The notes: generated by a model not told the origin, from the letters alone. Positions 24,287-36,694 are shown, counted from the whole stretch's first letter. The stretch: DNA of 51,032 nucleotides, filler included, from Sphacelaria rigidula (GCA_964200075.2; 3 parts of 3 records of this genome joined end to end with filler, not necessarily neighbours in it); one strand, 5' to 3'. Program-made: numbers and translations.

Positions 24287-25388
24287 CAGTGGGGGCTCTC
24301 AGTAGTGTCGGTATGTGCCCACCACGGACACCGATACTACTTGGAGAGCCCGGCACTACTCTAAAAAGTGCCAGAACAGGTGCAATTGAGGGCTCTGAAT
24401 ACCTTGATAGCGCCGGTTCCGGCACTACTGACCACCGTCCGTTCGTACCGTGCTACGCTTGCCCTTCGTTGGACCAACGGAAGCACAAAACGGACGAGGA
24501 CCTATGTTTCAAGGGGTTTCGATAAGATACGTCACGTGAGCTTTCGGGGTGGCAGAACTAAACCCGATCTTTTTTTTGTTTCTCACATTCAACTTGCTTG
24601 ATCCTGTCCACAGTTTGATCATTTCCTTCCTTACTAGCACAACAGCAGCAGTACGGACACAAAAGTTGCGCATGCCGAAAGAACTTTCCGACAAAAAAAA
24701 CAAGGACACATCTGCACCCAACGCAACTGTGAAGGTGCGGCATCTGGTGTAGAAAAAAACTCACGAAAGAATACACCGCCCACCAAAAGGAGTGAGCGAA
24801 GAAGAATGAACCACACCCCTTTTCACTTTCTACCGGCTACCGAGACAACGAGATGGAGAAACGAACGGCCTCGAAAAAAAACACACCGATGCAGCAAACT
24901 AGACACGACTCCTCCCGTGGCTGTGCTCGGGCGTAGATGCTACGGGCTACCCCTTTTTTTTAAGGCACTTGCTGCAGATGCGGTGCATTTCGTTGTCGCC
25001 AAACATGCTGCCGCAAATACCGTGGAGCCTCCCGCCACATGTCCCCTGGAAACCGTGGCCATGACGGCCTTCTGGCGTCGTGGCCTGCACCAGGCACAGT
25101 TCACCTTCCGCACAAGGCATGTTGCGTCCCTACGTTGCAAGGTCTGCACCAGCACGTACCCTGCTGTATCCCTACTCGTGCTTGGTTGGTGGGGGGTAAG
25201 GCGTGCGTGAGTGCGTCTGGAGCCAGCACTGTTGAGGGTACAAAACCGTTCAAATCGGCACTACTGAGGTTCATCTGTCAGTAAGTTCGGGTGGCACTAC
25301 TGTGAGCTCTGGCTGTGCCCGGAGATTTTACCGACAATTTATAGGTCGTTGGCACTATTCAACCGGCACTACTGAGATCACTTCACTG
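24287..25388. mobile_element. Tc1/mariner/pogo-type non-autonomous element, 1102 bp
   Basis: TA-flanked TIRs CAGTGGGGGCTCTCAGTAGTGTCGG / CCGGCACTACTGAGATCACTTCACTG. Subterminal GGCACTACT motifs are repeated at both ends. Confidence 0.85.
24947..25120 (-). pseudogene. Cys/His zinc-finger-like 57-aa ORF inside the pogo-like element, probably a truncated transposase N-terminus
   Basis: Translated by hand (below the ORF-track cutoff): MPCAEGELCLVQATTPEGRHGHGFQGTCGGRLHGICGSMFGDNEMHRICSKCLKKKG*. Confidence 0.55.
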
Positions 25389-25539
25389 TATCTTACATTA
25401 GCCGTTTGCAACAATCCAGCCCGTGGTCAGGAGCAGCAAAGAAGGCAGAAGCAACAGCCACAGGAAGGAAAGAAGAAAGGAAGCAACAGCAACAAACGAC
25501 AACGACAACAACAACAACAACACAAACAACACAACGAGA

Positions 25540-26360
25540 TGGTTATCTCGCATTACGCAGCTGACTGCAACACTGCAGCTTGTGATCAGGAAAACAGAAG
25601 AAAAAAACGGACATGAATGGAAGAAATAAAACAGAACAGAATAATGAAATGGAGAGAAAGGAATACATCAGAGAAAAAGACGGAGATGAGCTCATATTTC
25701 GGGGAGGGGGGCACAGACAAAACAAAAAGCAGACAAGAAACCACCAGGAACAAGAGGTGAGCAAATCAGAGATAGGAACCAAACACAATGCTCCACGTAT
25801 CTGGCGTAGGCTATGACAAGTTGGTGTTGGTACTGTCGGTCCCAGGTGCTGTCGGTGCATCTTGGCCCGCAGCTTTCGCGTGCCGTACGGTTGCCTTTGT
25901 GTCATCCTTGTGGCACCAGTCCGCCATAAACATTTCTGCTCCCTGTTCAACACAGCTGTGCCACTCTTCTACATTTGACGCTCTGGTAGTCTATGCCTGC
26001 TATTCGATACTGAACGCTTTCATGTCTTCCGTTAGGCAGCGGATCCAGTCCTTGTGCATGCCGTTATATCCTCCTTGTTGCCCCTTTACGGCTATAATTT
26101 CACCGCACATTGGTGTTTCGGTATCGGTCCGGGTGACATGCGCATGACGAAACCGGCGAAATAGAGTTTCCTGTTCCTCACCGTCCTCTCGATGATTTCG
26201 CCCCCTGTCCTCGCGAGGGTTTCTCGGTATGACAGAACGCGATCTGTGCGGTTCCGCCTGAGCCATTCAAGACAGCGCCTGAGCAAGGCGTGGTGAACCG
26301 TGTGCAGTAGATTGTAGTGGCCGTTGAGAGGGGTCCATTTGACAGAATATCTCGATGCCC
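25540..26360 (-). mobile_element. 5'-truncated RTE-like LINE remnant (post-RT C-terminus plus 3' UTR)
   Basis: Frameshifted peptides WTPLNGHYNLLHTVHHALLRRCL, RTDRVLSYRETLARTGGEIIERTVRNRKLYFAGFVMRM and KDWIRCLTEDMKAF...WHSCVEQGAEMFMADW match the RTE-clade ORF C-terminus. Confidence 0.8.
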
Positions 26361-29300
26361 ATGAGGTTCCCAAGAGGACGGGTATACTACACAGCTAGAA
26401 TACTGATGGCACCCGGCAACATGGCCGTCGCTGCTGCGGCTCGAGGCCACGGAAAGACACAACCGACCATACGATGATGGGAATATACCAATAAACGAGC
26501 ATCGCATTGACCCCCTACGGCGGCGATGTACCACTGGCCGTCTGCTTGTGTGCTTGCTGCTTTGCTTCTCTGCTGTTGCTCTGTGCGTCTCGGCGCGACT
26601 ACTGTATACATTCAAGTACTGTCTGTAGTGCGTACACAGAAGCTGTGACTCAAGTCTGTGAGCCGATCACAACCATTCATCACTACACGACTCACTACCG
26701 AGGTCGCATTTCATTGGTGCTAGATTCCGCCGATTCCTCACTAGAGGGCCTCTGAGTCGCTGAGGTTCCCATTTCACCACAAAGATTAATCTCCATGTAT
26801 GGCCGTTATGCCCCTTTTCTGATATCTGAAAGCCAGTACAACACGTTACAGTGCGTGTCGAGCGCGGGCCGCGTTGTTTGCTCAAGGTCAATGACGCTTC
26901 GACCTCTTGGTATTGGCAAGATTATCGAACTGATGCCACGTTATTTCAGTTGCGGGATGTACGTATGTATTTTCGTCCAAGCTTTTGCGATAGGTTGCCC
27001 ATCGTCCGGGCGTTAGGTACATATACTTCCTGTTCCAGCAGCTCCCACAGCACCGGAGAATATTTCTGCATTTGATGTCAGCACAGCGGTTGCCAGAACA
27101 TGACTGCCTAGGCACATTTTGTACCACATTCAAAAGTCAAGTCAAGTGGAATATGCTTCCATTAATTTCGGCACGTTATCGAAATCCAATCAAGGTAGTC
27201 TGTCGGCGAGGCGCATGTAATCCCGCCAGATCTGCTTTATTAAAATGCTGGTAATCCTAGGGTTATTTATATTCATTGCCTTCGCAAGGTAGGACACGGG
27301 GTAGAGCGGCAAACGGGGTATTCATCAGATTGAGAGTCTAGCGTTTGATTTGAGAGTCGTAACCGAAAGAAAAGGATACCCTGATTTATTCGCCGACTAA
27401 GGTTTCTCGGGAAATACTTCGCCAAGCCAGGAGGAGAGGCTGGAATGAAAGCTCTTGGCCGTGGGATAAGCTCAAAAGTAAGTTTTTCTTTGCGCTATCC
27501 TCGTTCATCAGCAGCAGCCTAGAACTCCAGAGTTCCAGAAATGGTCGTTTAGTGCCTGAGACAGTTTCATCGCCGAAATGTCCCTGGAAGCCTTTTTTCT
27601 ACAAAGTCCTATATACTTTCTGTATTAGCCTGCCACGGAAGCCGCTGATATCCCCAAGAAGGATATCAACGAAAGCGATGTTGTTACAGTACGGGAGAGA
27701 AATCCTGCACGAAAGTAATGAATGGTCAGCTTGGAGCAAACCGAAAAACTCACTCTCAATCAAATCCTAGACTTGTCTGGCGAGAAGGTGGTTGGCTGTC
27801 TGTCGCAATACCACGTTGGTGGTCCGCGGAGGGGGGTCGTGAGGAAAACCAAAGCAGCGGCACACGTGGCTTTCCCTCGTCCCACACCACCTCATTTTGC
27901 CGATCACATATGTCGCGATGTTCAGTCATTTTCACACTCCGCCATTCTCGCCACGTGCTACAACATCTTGCTCTGAAAACATGGGGGCCAAGCGTGTACA
28001 GTGTGGCGTACAGCTCGAAATCGTGCGATATCCGTTTTTTTTTCACGAAACTACGGACGCTTCTAAAAACTTTGATGGAAAAAGAAATGGACAGCCGGTG
28101 CGACATCCAACAAACCTGATTCGAACGGGCGAATAGCATAACGGAATCGCCTCCGCCGATATAATTATTCCGCGAATGCCATACCACACACAGGGGAGGG
28201 TGGCCGATCAAAAGGCACATGTGGTCGCCTCCATGTACAGTTTGTTGCAAGGGTGGTACCTTTTACCGGATACCAGTCACTATGCAATCGTTTTCCACCT
28301 TGGACCTTCGCCTGGAGGTGGGGTTTATATATTGTCGGGGAGCGATGCCTGAGGAATCATCTTGCTTCTCCCATGCAGTTTAATTGTCAAATCTACAGCT
28401 GTTCACCACCGAAAATATCGTGGGAACAATATTGATGCGGGACGGGTTGTCCCGTCCTGTCGTTTTTCAAGGAAGTGGCTCCCCGTCCCATCTCGTCCCG
28501 TGCCGTCCCGACATATCGTGTTGATTCTCCGTTCTCCTGGCTGCCTTGCTAGATGTCATTGCTGGTTCTCTCGGCTAGTGTTTCGGTTCCCGTTCCATTT
28601 TGTCACTTGCTATACGCGTACCACTTATGATGGGGTCAGGTTTGCGAAGCGATGAAGGCGTTTATTTTCACCCTTCGGCAGCGTGTTTCGCGTGAAGAGA
28701 CGGACAGGCGAGTTATGCGACCTCGGAATGACTCGCTTTACAGTCTGAGAGCATATCAGCACTACTCGACGATTTTTGGTGTTTGCAGTTTGACTGCGGT
28801 TAACGTCGGTGCACACCGATCAACCGCTTTGATGTTGTATGCATTTCCGTGACTCGGGAAGGTTTGTACAAAATCTACCATTTTTTGTTTCCGCGCCCAG
28901 AGTCGAAGTGCACTCACCAAGACTCTTCCTTGTGTCCTGGAATCCTGTCAGGTGGTGACGCATATCATTCCTAGATCCAATAACCCGTCCGATCTTCTAC
29001 TCGGGCGCAGAACGTTAGCGAAGGATCAAAATAGGCACTTTTGATCGGCTTGCACTTTTGGCCTCATGAGAAGTCGGTTCTTTGATTATACTCCCCTCTT
29101 ATTTGCATCTTCTGGTCCGTTGTGGTCGTCTTTGCTCTGGCGTCGCCCTTCGTGAGTCGTCGACACCTCCTTTCTCGACCCCTGTTCCTTTTTTTTACTT
29201 ATCTCTTCCCTTCCATCTCATGTGTCCTGTCCCTTACAGCAGCAGCACCGATCGATATCTACTCATGCTATCGTAAATTGGTATCTTACTGCTTTCTCCC

Positions 29301-32300
29301 GGTGATTACAGTACATGGTTGCTCATTGCTATGGTGCTGCTTAGAGTTTTCCCGTTCGAGCTTGCATGTTAATTGTGTATTTCCTACCAGGGAGAGACAA
29401 CTGCTGAGAGTTTTCCGCCCGAGCTCATGTGTTGATGGTGTGCTTTTTCAGAGGGCAAACATTCCAGCCTGCAGCTCGCTACTGCATGAGATTCTCCCCA
29501 CTGGAGGAGAAGTCATGTTTCGTTGCGTGGCTACCCCGGAACGTTACCTTTCGACTGCGGGTCTGAATAATCTGGCTATTGCGATGGAGAGATGAAAAAA
29601 CTGGACACCCTTCACGTCATGACGGGATATCTCGTCAATCAAAGAGGGAACCCGTCCGAACTCGCGGGGAAATAAAGATAGCCTCAAATATTCTCAAACT
29701 TATGCCCGACGTGATAGAGTGTACTCTGCAATAACGTAATTTGCGGTGTACTACATATATTGACTAAACGATATCCTGGCGCAAAGGCGAGTCGGTATGT
29801 ATTGGGCGAACAACATGTAGACCGATTAGGAATGTAATTCGTATCGGTCGTACATATAGAAGGCCATGTATGACTTCGAGGTGTGTTATTCGCCCAGCAT
29901 GTTCCTTCGGTAGGTGCACCAACACATATCGTCTGTGTGAAAAATTGCATGCCAGACGAGCGCAGTATATATTGACCGCGCAACATATTCCACGCCCGAA
30001 AGGAGCAATATATTGCCGGCACAATACGGTGTGCGTAAGTGAGTGCCTCACAGGTTGGACGTAAATGAGTTCAGTATGTGTGTGGGCGTGGGATATACGG
30101 GTGGACCTATGAGTGCAACATGTGCCGACGAGACAATCAATCCTCTTGCAACTGTTGATGGAAAATGACGATTGCAACCGACGTTCTCTTGGGCGAGATA
30201 TGGCTGTTTTTCTAGTATTGCTGATGATGCAGCTTATCAAAACGACGCACCACTCTAAGTTCAAGTCAATTAACGGCACATATTCGTGCGCCGAACTCGA
30301 AGTGACGGTTTCTCGGTAACGAAAGCTCGCATATGGGAGTTGGTACTATTTTTCGTGGGTTCCAAAAGGATGCAATCTTGTATCCAGCACATGCCGACAC
30401 GAACCCAACGTACGTTACGGCCTCGATACTCCCAACTGAAGCACAGGTCAAGACCCGAATGGGCGCTGTCTACGATGCGAAGCATCGACGTGTATCGAAA
30501 ACCTCAGCGACCCGTCTAGGCTGTGGCTCCTGCTCGCCATGGTGTACCGTCCGAGGGCAAGTTGGGAGTACATGGCATGGGGAGGGGAGGCTGCAAGGGT
30601 GCTGTCTGTGGAGAAGCGCTTTTGCATGATGACAGCTGAAGAACTGATTGCACGCTAGCGGTGATTTCACTGTTAACAAGACACGTAACACTATGTCATC
30701 GGCGTGGGAGCATCTACAGTAATCAGACAGGACTGCAGTCCGTCTCGTCGAACAATAGTAAGAGCGAGAGTGGTCTACGTGACAGCACATGTACTGCGTT
30801 TGTAGCACGTATGTATTCAGCCAATTTTGTGTGCCTTGTTTTTGTCGCACTTGTTTTATCATCACCCTCGCTCGAGTTATCGCTGTCAATAGCGAGTGAT
30901 CACCTTGTGTACCTTGGGTACGCCCATATTGCGGCTACGCCTGTATTACAAGGGGGTCACTTAGTGTGCGACAATCAAACAAGACGGAGAGCCCGTATGC
31001 GGCACCGGGAATAAATGAACAAATGCCGCGACATGTTCAACGTGACCAAGACCAAAACGCCGGGGTCACAAGAATCGAAGTCTGTCGACCTGCTGAAGTA
31101 ACCATCACCCCCGGTCTCGTATTTGGGGGCTGGGTGTGATTTGTACCTAGGGTAGTGTCCACACGTCCTGTGAACTGAGATGCTATAACTTGAGGGCGCT
31201 ATCATGTCTTAATCTTATCGTTTGCCAAACGCACCATTTTTGCGGGGGCCACTGTGTCGAAAGTGCTGGTGCTAAACTTACTCCATCTTCGTGTGCTCCT
31301 GCCTTTTTGTTTTCTCCAGCACCTCGGTTCCAATCCATACCAAACGATCCGAGATTACCTCGACCACATACAATGGGATGTCCCAATCGCATAGTTTGTT
31401 GTAAAAATTGTCGTGACACACAGGTGGGGCTGTGCATGTGGTGTACCTCCCTGCACATATGGAGCCATTTTCATTCGCAAACTCGGCATCAACCCTCGAG
31501 GCATACTGTGGAGGAACTTCAAGTAAATGGCGCAGTCCATCATGGCTTCGTCAAGCATCGTGTATTAGTTGAGCATAAACGATGTGGCCATGCACTTGTC
31601 ATGGGCTGTCGACCGGAATTCATCAGGATTGTCATGTATCGGTGCTGAGGCGGGACCTGAGCTTTTGATAAATTCCAATCACCGCGAAATAAATGTCTTC
31701 AAGCATGGGCTCCACTGCTCAAGCGTTACCGTGACTTGACTTGCTTACGTTATGGACAGTTCGTAGTCGGTAGACGCCAATACGCTCTACTGCTTCAATA
31801 AGTTAACTTGTGTAGCTTGATTATCCTACATTTCGCTGTGTATAGAGTATACCCCCATCATCTCCTGGATACGTTGAGTCTAAGTGTGCTGAGCAGGTCT
31901 AGCATTCAGCGAGGCACTGACTCTCGCTTCTCGCATAAAGAGGCAGAAACTGTAGTGTTTGTTGCTTTTGCTCTCATAACCAGTCGTTTCAGTTGCCTCC
32001 CCTCAAGTATGTGGTCTTCCTTCGCTATCGCTTGGAAGATGGGTCAAAATTGACCGTAAATAGATCAGGATTCCGTTTATTTTGGGAAGGATTCTCGACT
32101 CATTCATGGAAAGATCAACCTCGGTTGTTTACTTCGAGTTTTTTGTATTGTACTTTCGCATGCTTTTTTCGATAATTTTCCGTGTGTTTGTTGCAAGCAT
32201 GTCAGTGGGTGTTGCGGAAACTGAAGGTTTGGTGGCCATCAGCCGCCGAGAAACTTGCCTGCCCTTTGAGGCCCGGAGTTCCCGACCGGTTGTGTCAATA

Positions 32301-32859
32301 CGCACATCTACGGCGGCAGCACTACTAATGCAAACAATTGCAGAATGGTACTTACGACGAGGACGTTACCATCCTCTCGATCATATTACTTCATACGCGC
32401 AAATGGCTGAAGTTGAGTGACGGAAGTTTCCTCAGGCAGAGACATTTATGGTGCACATACGTTTGAATTTTGTCAAGCTTTTTCCATTGCACAAGTGATG
32501 GCAACAGAGGGTGGGCTACGAACTTCTCGTGGAGACTCGAGATCTTCCTACTTTCAATAATGTAGAATATAAAGCTTTTAGTGTGTGTTTTCGATCGATA
32601 CCATTCTCCCATACTGCTGGTTTTCGGCCGTGGCGTTATGACATGTGTTTGTGTTGCTTTTTTTGCATGGGTTGCGCAATCCAGTGGCAGATCCAGTGCA
32701 GAAAATATGTAGGGTTTTGCAAAGCTCTCCATGAAACGGCAGCATTACATTTGGAAATGGAACATTCGACACAGCACAGACCTACCCGGGTTTGTCACAT
32801 AGTGAAGGCCCACGCAAAATATGAACAGCCCGCACTCACCATTTCCCTGAAAGTACTGT

Positions 32860-33990
32860 ATGCCCGTATTTAACGAATACTTGACAATCTTTGACCCGGC
32901 TTTTGAATCCGTTGAATATTCTCAGGCAGCATCAGGACGGACAGCCTGCCCCTCTTGTTTGGCCATTTGTCAGTGGGACTGCCAGAGGCATTCGATATTG
33001 AGAGCGCTAGAACTCTCGGTTTGCCAACATAGCGGCGACGCTCGGTTGACAGTGCGTGCGCCCGGAGGGCTGCTAGAATTTTCACGAGATAGCGCGACGG
33101 GCGTAAATGTCCTGGAAGTGCCGGCGAACAGGGTTGGGATGGTGAAAAAAGTAGGGAATTGGTGCGGCAACGATGGCTGCTCCAAACGTGCATCTTACGG
33201 TAACCCGGGAAGCCGGAAGGCGGAGTTCTGTAACGATCACGCCAGGGCAGGGATGGTTGATGTAGTGAGCAAGAGGTGTGGCAACGATGGCTGCTCCAAG
33301 CATCTATCGTACGGTGGAGCGGGCAGTCGGAAAGCGGAGTTCTGTGCCGATCACGCGAGGGTGGAGACGGTCAATGTAGCGAGAAAGAAGTGCGGCCACG
33401 AGGGCTGCGCCAAACGTGCATCTTACGGTAACCAGGAAAGCCGGAAGGCGGAGTTTTGTGCCAATCATGCCAGGGCCGGGATGGTCAATGTAACGAGAAA
33501 GAAGTGCGGCAACGAGGGCTGCTCCAAGCATCCATCGTTCGGTGTAGCGGGCAGTCGGGAGGCGGAGTTCTGTGCCGATCATGCCAGGGCAAGGATGGTC
33601 AATGTAAGGAGCAAGAAGTGCAGCAACGATGGCTGCTCCAAGAAACCATCGTACGGTGTAGTGGGCAGTCGGAAAGCGGAGCTCTGTGCCGATCACGCCA
33701 GGTTAGGGATGGTAGATGTAGCGAACAAGAAGTGCGGTAACGAGAGCTGCCCCAAGAAACCATCGTACGGTGTAGCGGGCAGCCGGAAGGCGGAGTTTTG
33801 TGCCCATCATGCCAGGGCAGGGATGGTCAATGTAAGGAGCAAGAGGTGCGGCAAGGAGGGCTGCTCCAAGCATCCATCGTTCGGTGTAGCAAGCACGCGG
33901 AAAGCGGAGTTCTGTGCCGATCATGCCAGGGCAGGGATGGTCAATGTAACGGCCAAGAAGTGCGGTAAGGAGGGCTGCTCCAAACAACCA
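32860..33990 (+). CDS. EsV-1-7 cysteine-rich repeat protein, 3'-partial
   Basis: Open frame with 7 full and 1 partial 38-aa repeats, consensus KKCGNEGCSKxxSYGVAGSRKAEFCADHARAGMVNVxx. The first Cys codon recurs every 114 nt from 33163 to 33961. The start is uncertain (32860, ATG 33139, or spliced). Confidence 0.9.
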
Positions 33991-34090
33991 NNNNNNNNNN
34001 NNNNNNNNNNNNNNNNNNNNNNNNNNNNNNNNNNTTAATTAATTAANNNNNNNNNNNNNNNNNNNNNNNNNNNNNNNNNNNNNNNNNNNN
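33991..34090. other. Artificial contig linker N44-TTAATTAATTAA-N44
   Basis: Identical to the linker at 16948-17047. Confidence 0.98.
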
Positions 34091-34819
34091 CCCCCCCCTA
34101 CTGGTGGTTGATTGTGAGTCTGGTCCGACGAAAACACGGCGTGTTCCGTCCCAGCTTTGTAGGGATGCGAGGTCAATGGTCATATGACCACGGCATGCAA
34201 GATCATTGAAATAGTACACCCCCCTCCCCCTCCAGCGAAACGGGGCGGGGATAAGATATGTAAAATGTTTATATGTAATGTATAGAAGAAACGTGAAGAG
34301 CGCCGGAATGTTGGAGGTGTCTCTGTTAGGAGGAGGAACGATGCTCCGTTTCGAAAGGGATGCGCGGTCAATGGTCAAACGACTAAGGCAAATAACAAAT
34401 GAGTACGCCCCCCTCCCCCCCCCCCCCCCCCCCCTCCCCCCCAATATCCCCGTCCCACCCACAGACCACCACCACCCCTTCCCCCCCNNNNNNNNNNCAA
34501 ACCCCACAAGCAAAAAACCAATTCGTACCCCCCCCCCCCCCCCCCCCCCCCCCTATTCCTCCAGATTATCCTGTAGTCTCAAGGAATCAGTCATTCCGTC
34601 TGTCCCCGACACCTCCTTTACACTCTTATTATCAAGTATTGCATCAGTGTAGTGTAGCCACACATAACGCATGAACACGAACCCTGTGGTTTTCGAAGTT
34701 GGTTCGGGCACGGGTACGGGTCAGTATCCCAGGTATGTGTCCTTAGATATCCAGTTTTTTTGGCAGTTAAATACATACCTCAGGCACAATATCCCAGGGG
34801 GGTGGGTGGGTGGGTGTAC

Positions 34820-35560
34820 TCATGATATTGCGTACCGTAATCATGAGATTGTTGACCTCGTGTCTCAACAAAGCCGGGGCGGAGCACGCCGGGTTGTCGC
34901 TGGACTAGGCTCGCAATCACCAAGCGCGAAGCATCGTGATGTGTTCGGCGAGTCACATCAGGGGTAACGTGCATCCTGCTCAACTATTGTTGGTCCCGAA
35001 GCGTACTAATCATCTTGCATATAGATGACAGCCTACAACGAGTTGCTTCATTTTTTCTTGGATTGCCAAATCCAGACAGCCACGGGTTCCACACTGCCTC
35101 ACGGTTGTCTCACCATTTAAACGCCACCAAGGGTAGGTCGAGTTAAGTATTTATAATACTCCGTATTTTTGAAGAGTCATACTTTTAGAACTCAAAGTTT
35201 GAGTAGAGGCGTACTCGATCTACTCAAGATTTGAGTAGAGTATTGGAGGCCGTACTCAATCTACTCAAATCTTGAGGAGAGTATTTGAGGCCGTACTCGA
35301 CCTACTCAAACGTCGAGTAGAGTAAACACTTGAGTATTTTACTCTAGTACTCAAAAGTACATACTCTACTCGACCTACCCTTGAAAAAATAGGCGTTTCC
35401 ATTCTAAACCTGCTGGTGAGATGGGGCGCTGGGGCAGATAAGTGCATTCACCTGCACTTTTTTTTTTTTGTCATCGCCATCATCCGCTGATACTCCCTTG
35501 TTGGCTGTGATGCAACACTGCCCATCTAATTGATGGCCATCGTTCGCCCATGTTTTCAAC
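34820..35560 (+). pseudogene. Decayed ankyrin-repeat gene fragment
   Basis: Frameshifted peptides IAYRNHEIVDLV/LNKAGAE, ARNHQARSIVMCSASHIRGNVHPAQLLL, TATGSTLPH...GVSILNLLVRWGAGAD and ADTPLLAV resemble successive ankyrin repeats. A MITE interrupts it. Confidence 0.45.
35128..35383. mobile_element. hAT-type MITE, CAAGGGTAGGTCGAGT family
   Basis: Perfect 16-bp TIR CAAGGGTAGGTCGAGT / ACTCGACCTACCCTTG, with internal TTTGAGTAGAG and TACTCAA repeats. Confidence 0.85.
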
Positions 35561-35599
35561 ATAGTCTGTGAAGTGACGCCACGAAGTCGCCGACTGTAA

Positions 35600-35913
35600 G
35601 GGATACTCACCATACCCAAGGGGTACTCTATACCCAAGTATTGCTGAGAGTGCTTACTCAATATTTGAGTCAAGTATTTGAGATCATACTCGATCTTCTC
35701 AAAATTTCGGTAGAGTATTGAGGTCATACTCAAGTATTACTGAGAGTGCTTACTCGAAATTTGAGTAGAATATTTGAGACCATACTCAACCTACTCGAAA
35801 TTTGAGTAGAGTTTTTGGGGCCGTACTCGACCTACTCAAACGTCGAGTAGAGCAAATACTTGAGTATTTTTCTTGAGTACTCAAAAGTACACACTCTACT
35901 CGACCTACCCATG
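35600..35913. mobile_element. Second copy of the same MITE, right portion only
   Basis: 35819-35913 nearly duplicates 35289-35383 and ends ACTCGACCTACCCATG. Confidence 0.75.
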
Positions 35914-36285
35914 AACACCACGTAGTACGAACATCCCCTTTGCGCGGCGTTCGGGTTCTCAACCCCGCACAATATGACGACCATCATGCTTACCGCAAAT
36001 ACGATGCAAGCGAACCCTTCCCCCCCCCCCCCCCCCCCCCCCCCCCGGGTAACCTGGTTGCCTAGCTTTCGCAGTGAGTGGCGTGTCATACAGCGTCGTT
36101 GCCAACCGATGCCAACCCTAAAAAAGGGACGGGACGAGACGGGGGGGGGACTCGATTCTACATGCAGTACCATGGAGATCCTGGGTACCCTAGGATCTGG
36201 TCCTTCACGTTACCCTGTCCCATCTCTTGCTCTTTTTTTTCCCGCTACGGATTTTTTTTCCATTTTGTTTTTTTCTTTCCTTTAG

Positions 36286-36381
36286 CGCTCCTGCGGCAGC
36301 ACTTGAGGAATGTGCTGGCTTTGGAAGGCGTGTCTGATGCTAGGGGAGCTTTAATGGAGCATGCGGTCACCTCGTGTCGAG
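36286..36381 (+). CDS. RAD17: Cell cycle checkpoint protein RAD17, first exon seen (5' exons not in this contig)
   Basis: Pyrimidine tract plus TAG acceptor and GTGATG donor, phase 1-1. LLRQHLRNVLALEG...MEHAVTSCRG precedes the clamp-loader GDIR motif. Confidence 0.85.
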
Positions 36382-36694
36382 GTGATGGATATTGTGTTGT
36401 GTTTTCGGTCTGTTGGTAGAGAGAATCAGTTGTCCCTCTTAGGCCGTGCATGAAGCAGGGATAAGCACGAGGTATCGATGCAATGAAAGCCGAGTTTTTG
36501 TTGCCTTCAGGAAACTAGCGGAATCTCAAGAGTTGTGTTGGGTACGGTGCTAGCACGCTAAGCCTCACTGGAGCTTCTGTCTCTCAACACCTCGTCTCTG
36601 TACATAAAACCCGCTTTCGCCTGTGTTCGTTTGGTGCTATTGTGGTGCAATATCATCACCAAAAAATGATGACACCTGCAATATGCGATCGCAG

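Noticed and set aside
33991-36286. Functional linkage of the EsV-1-7 gene and RAD17
   Set aside because: They are separated by an artificial linker between size-sorted contigs.
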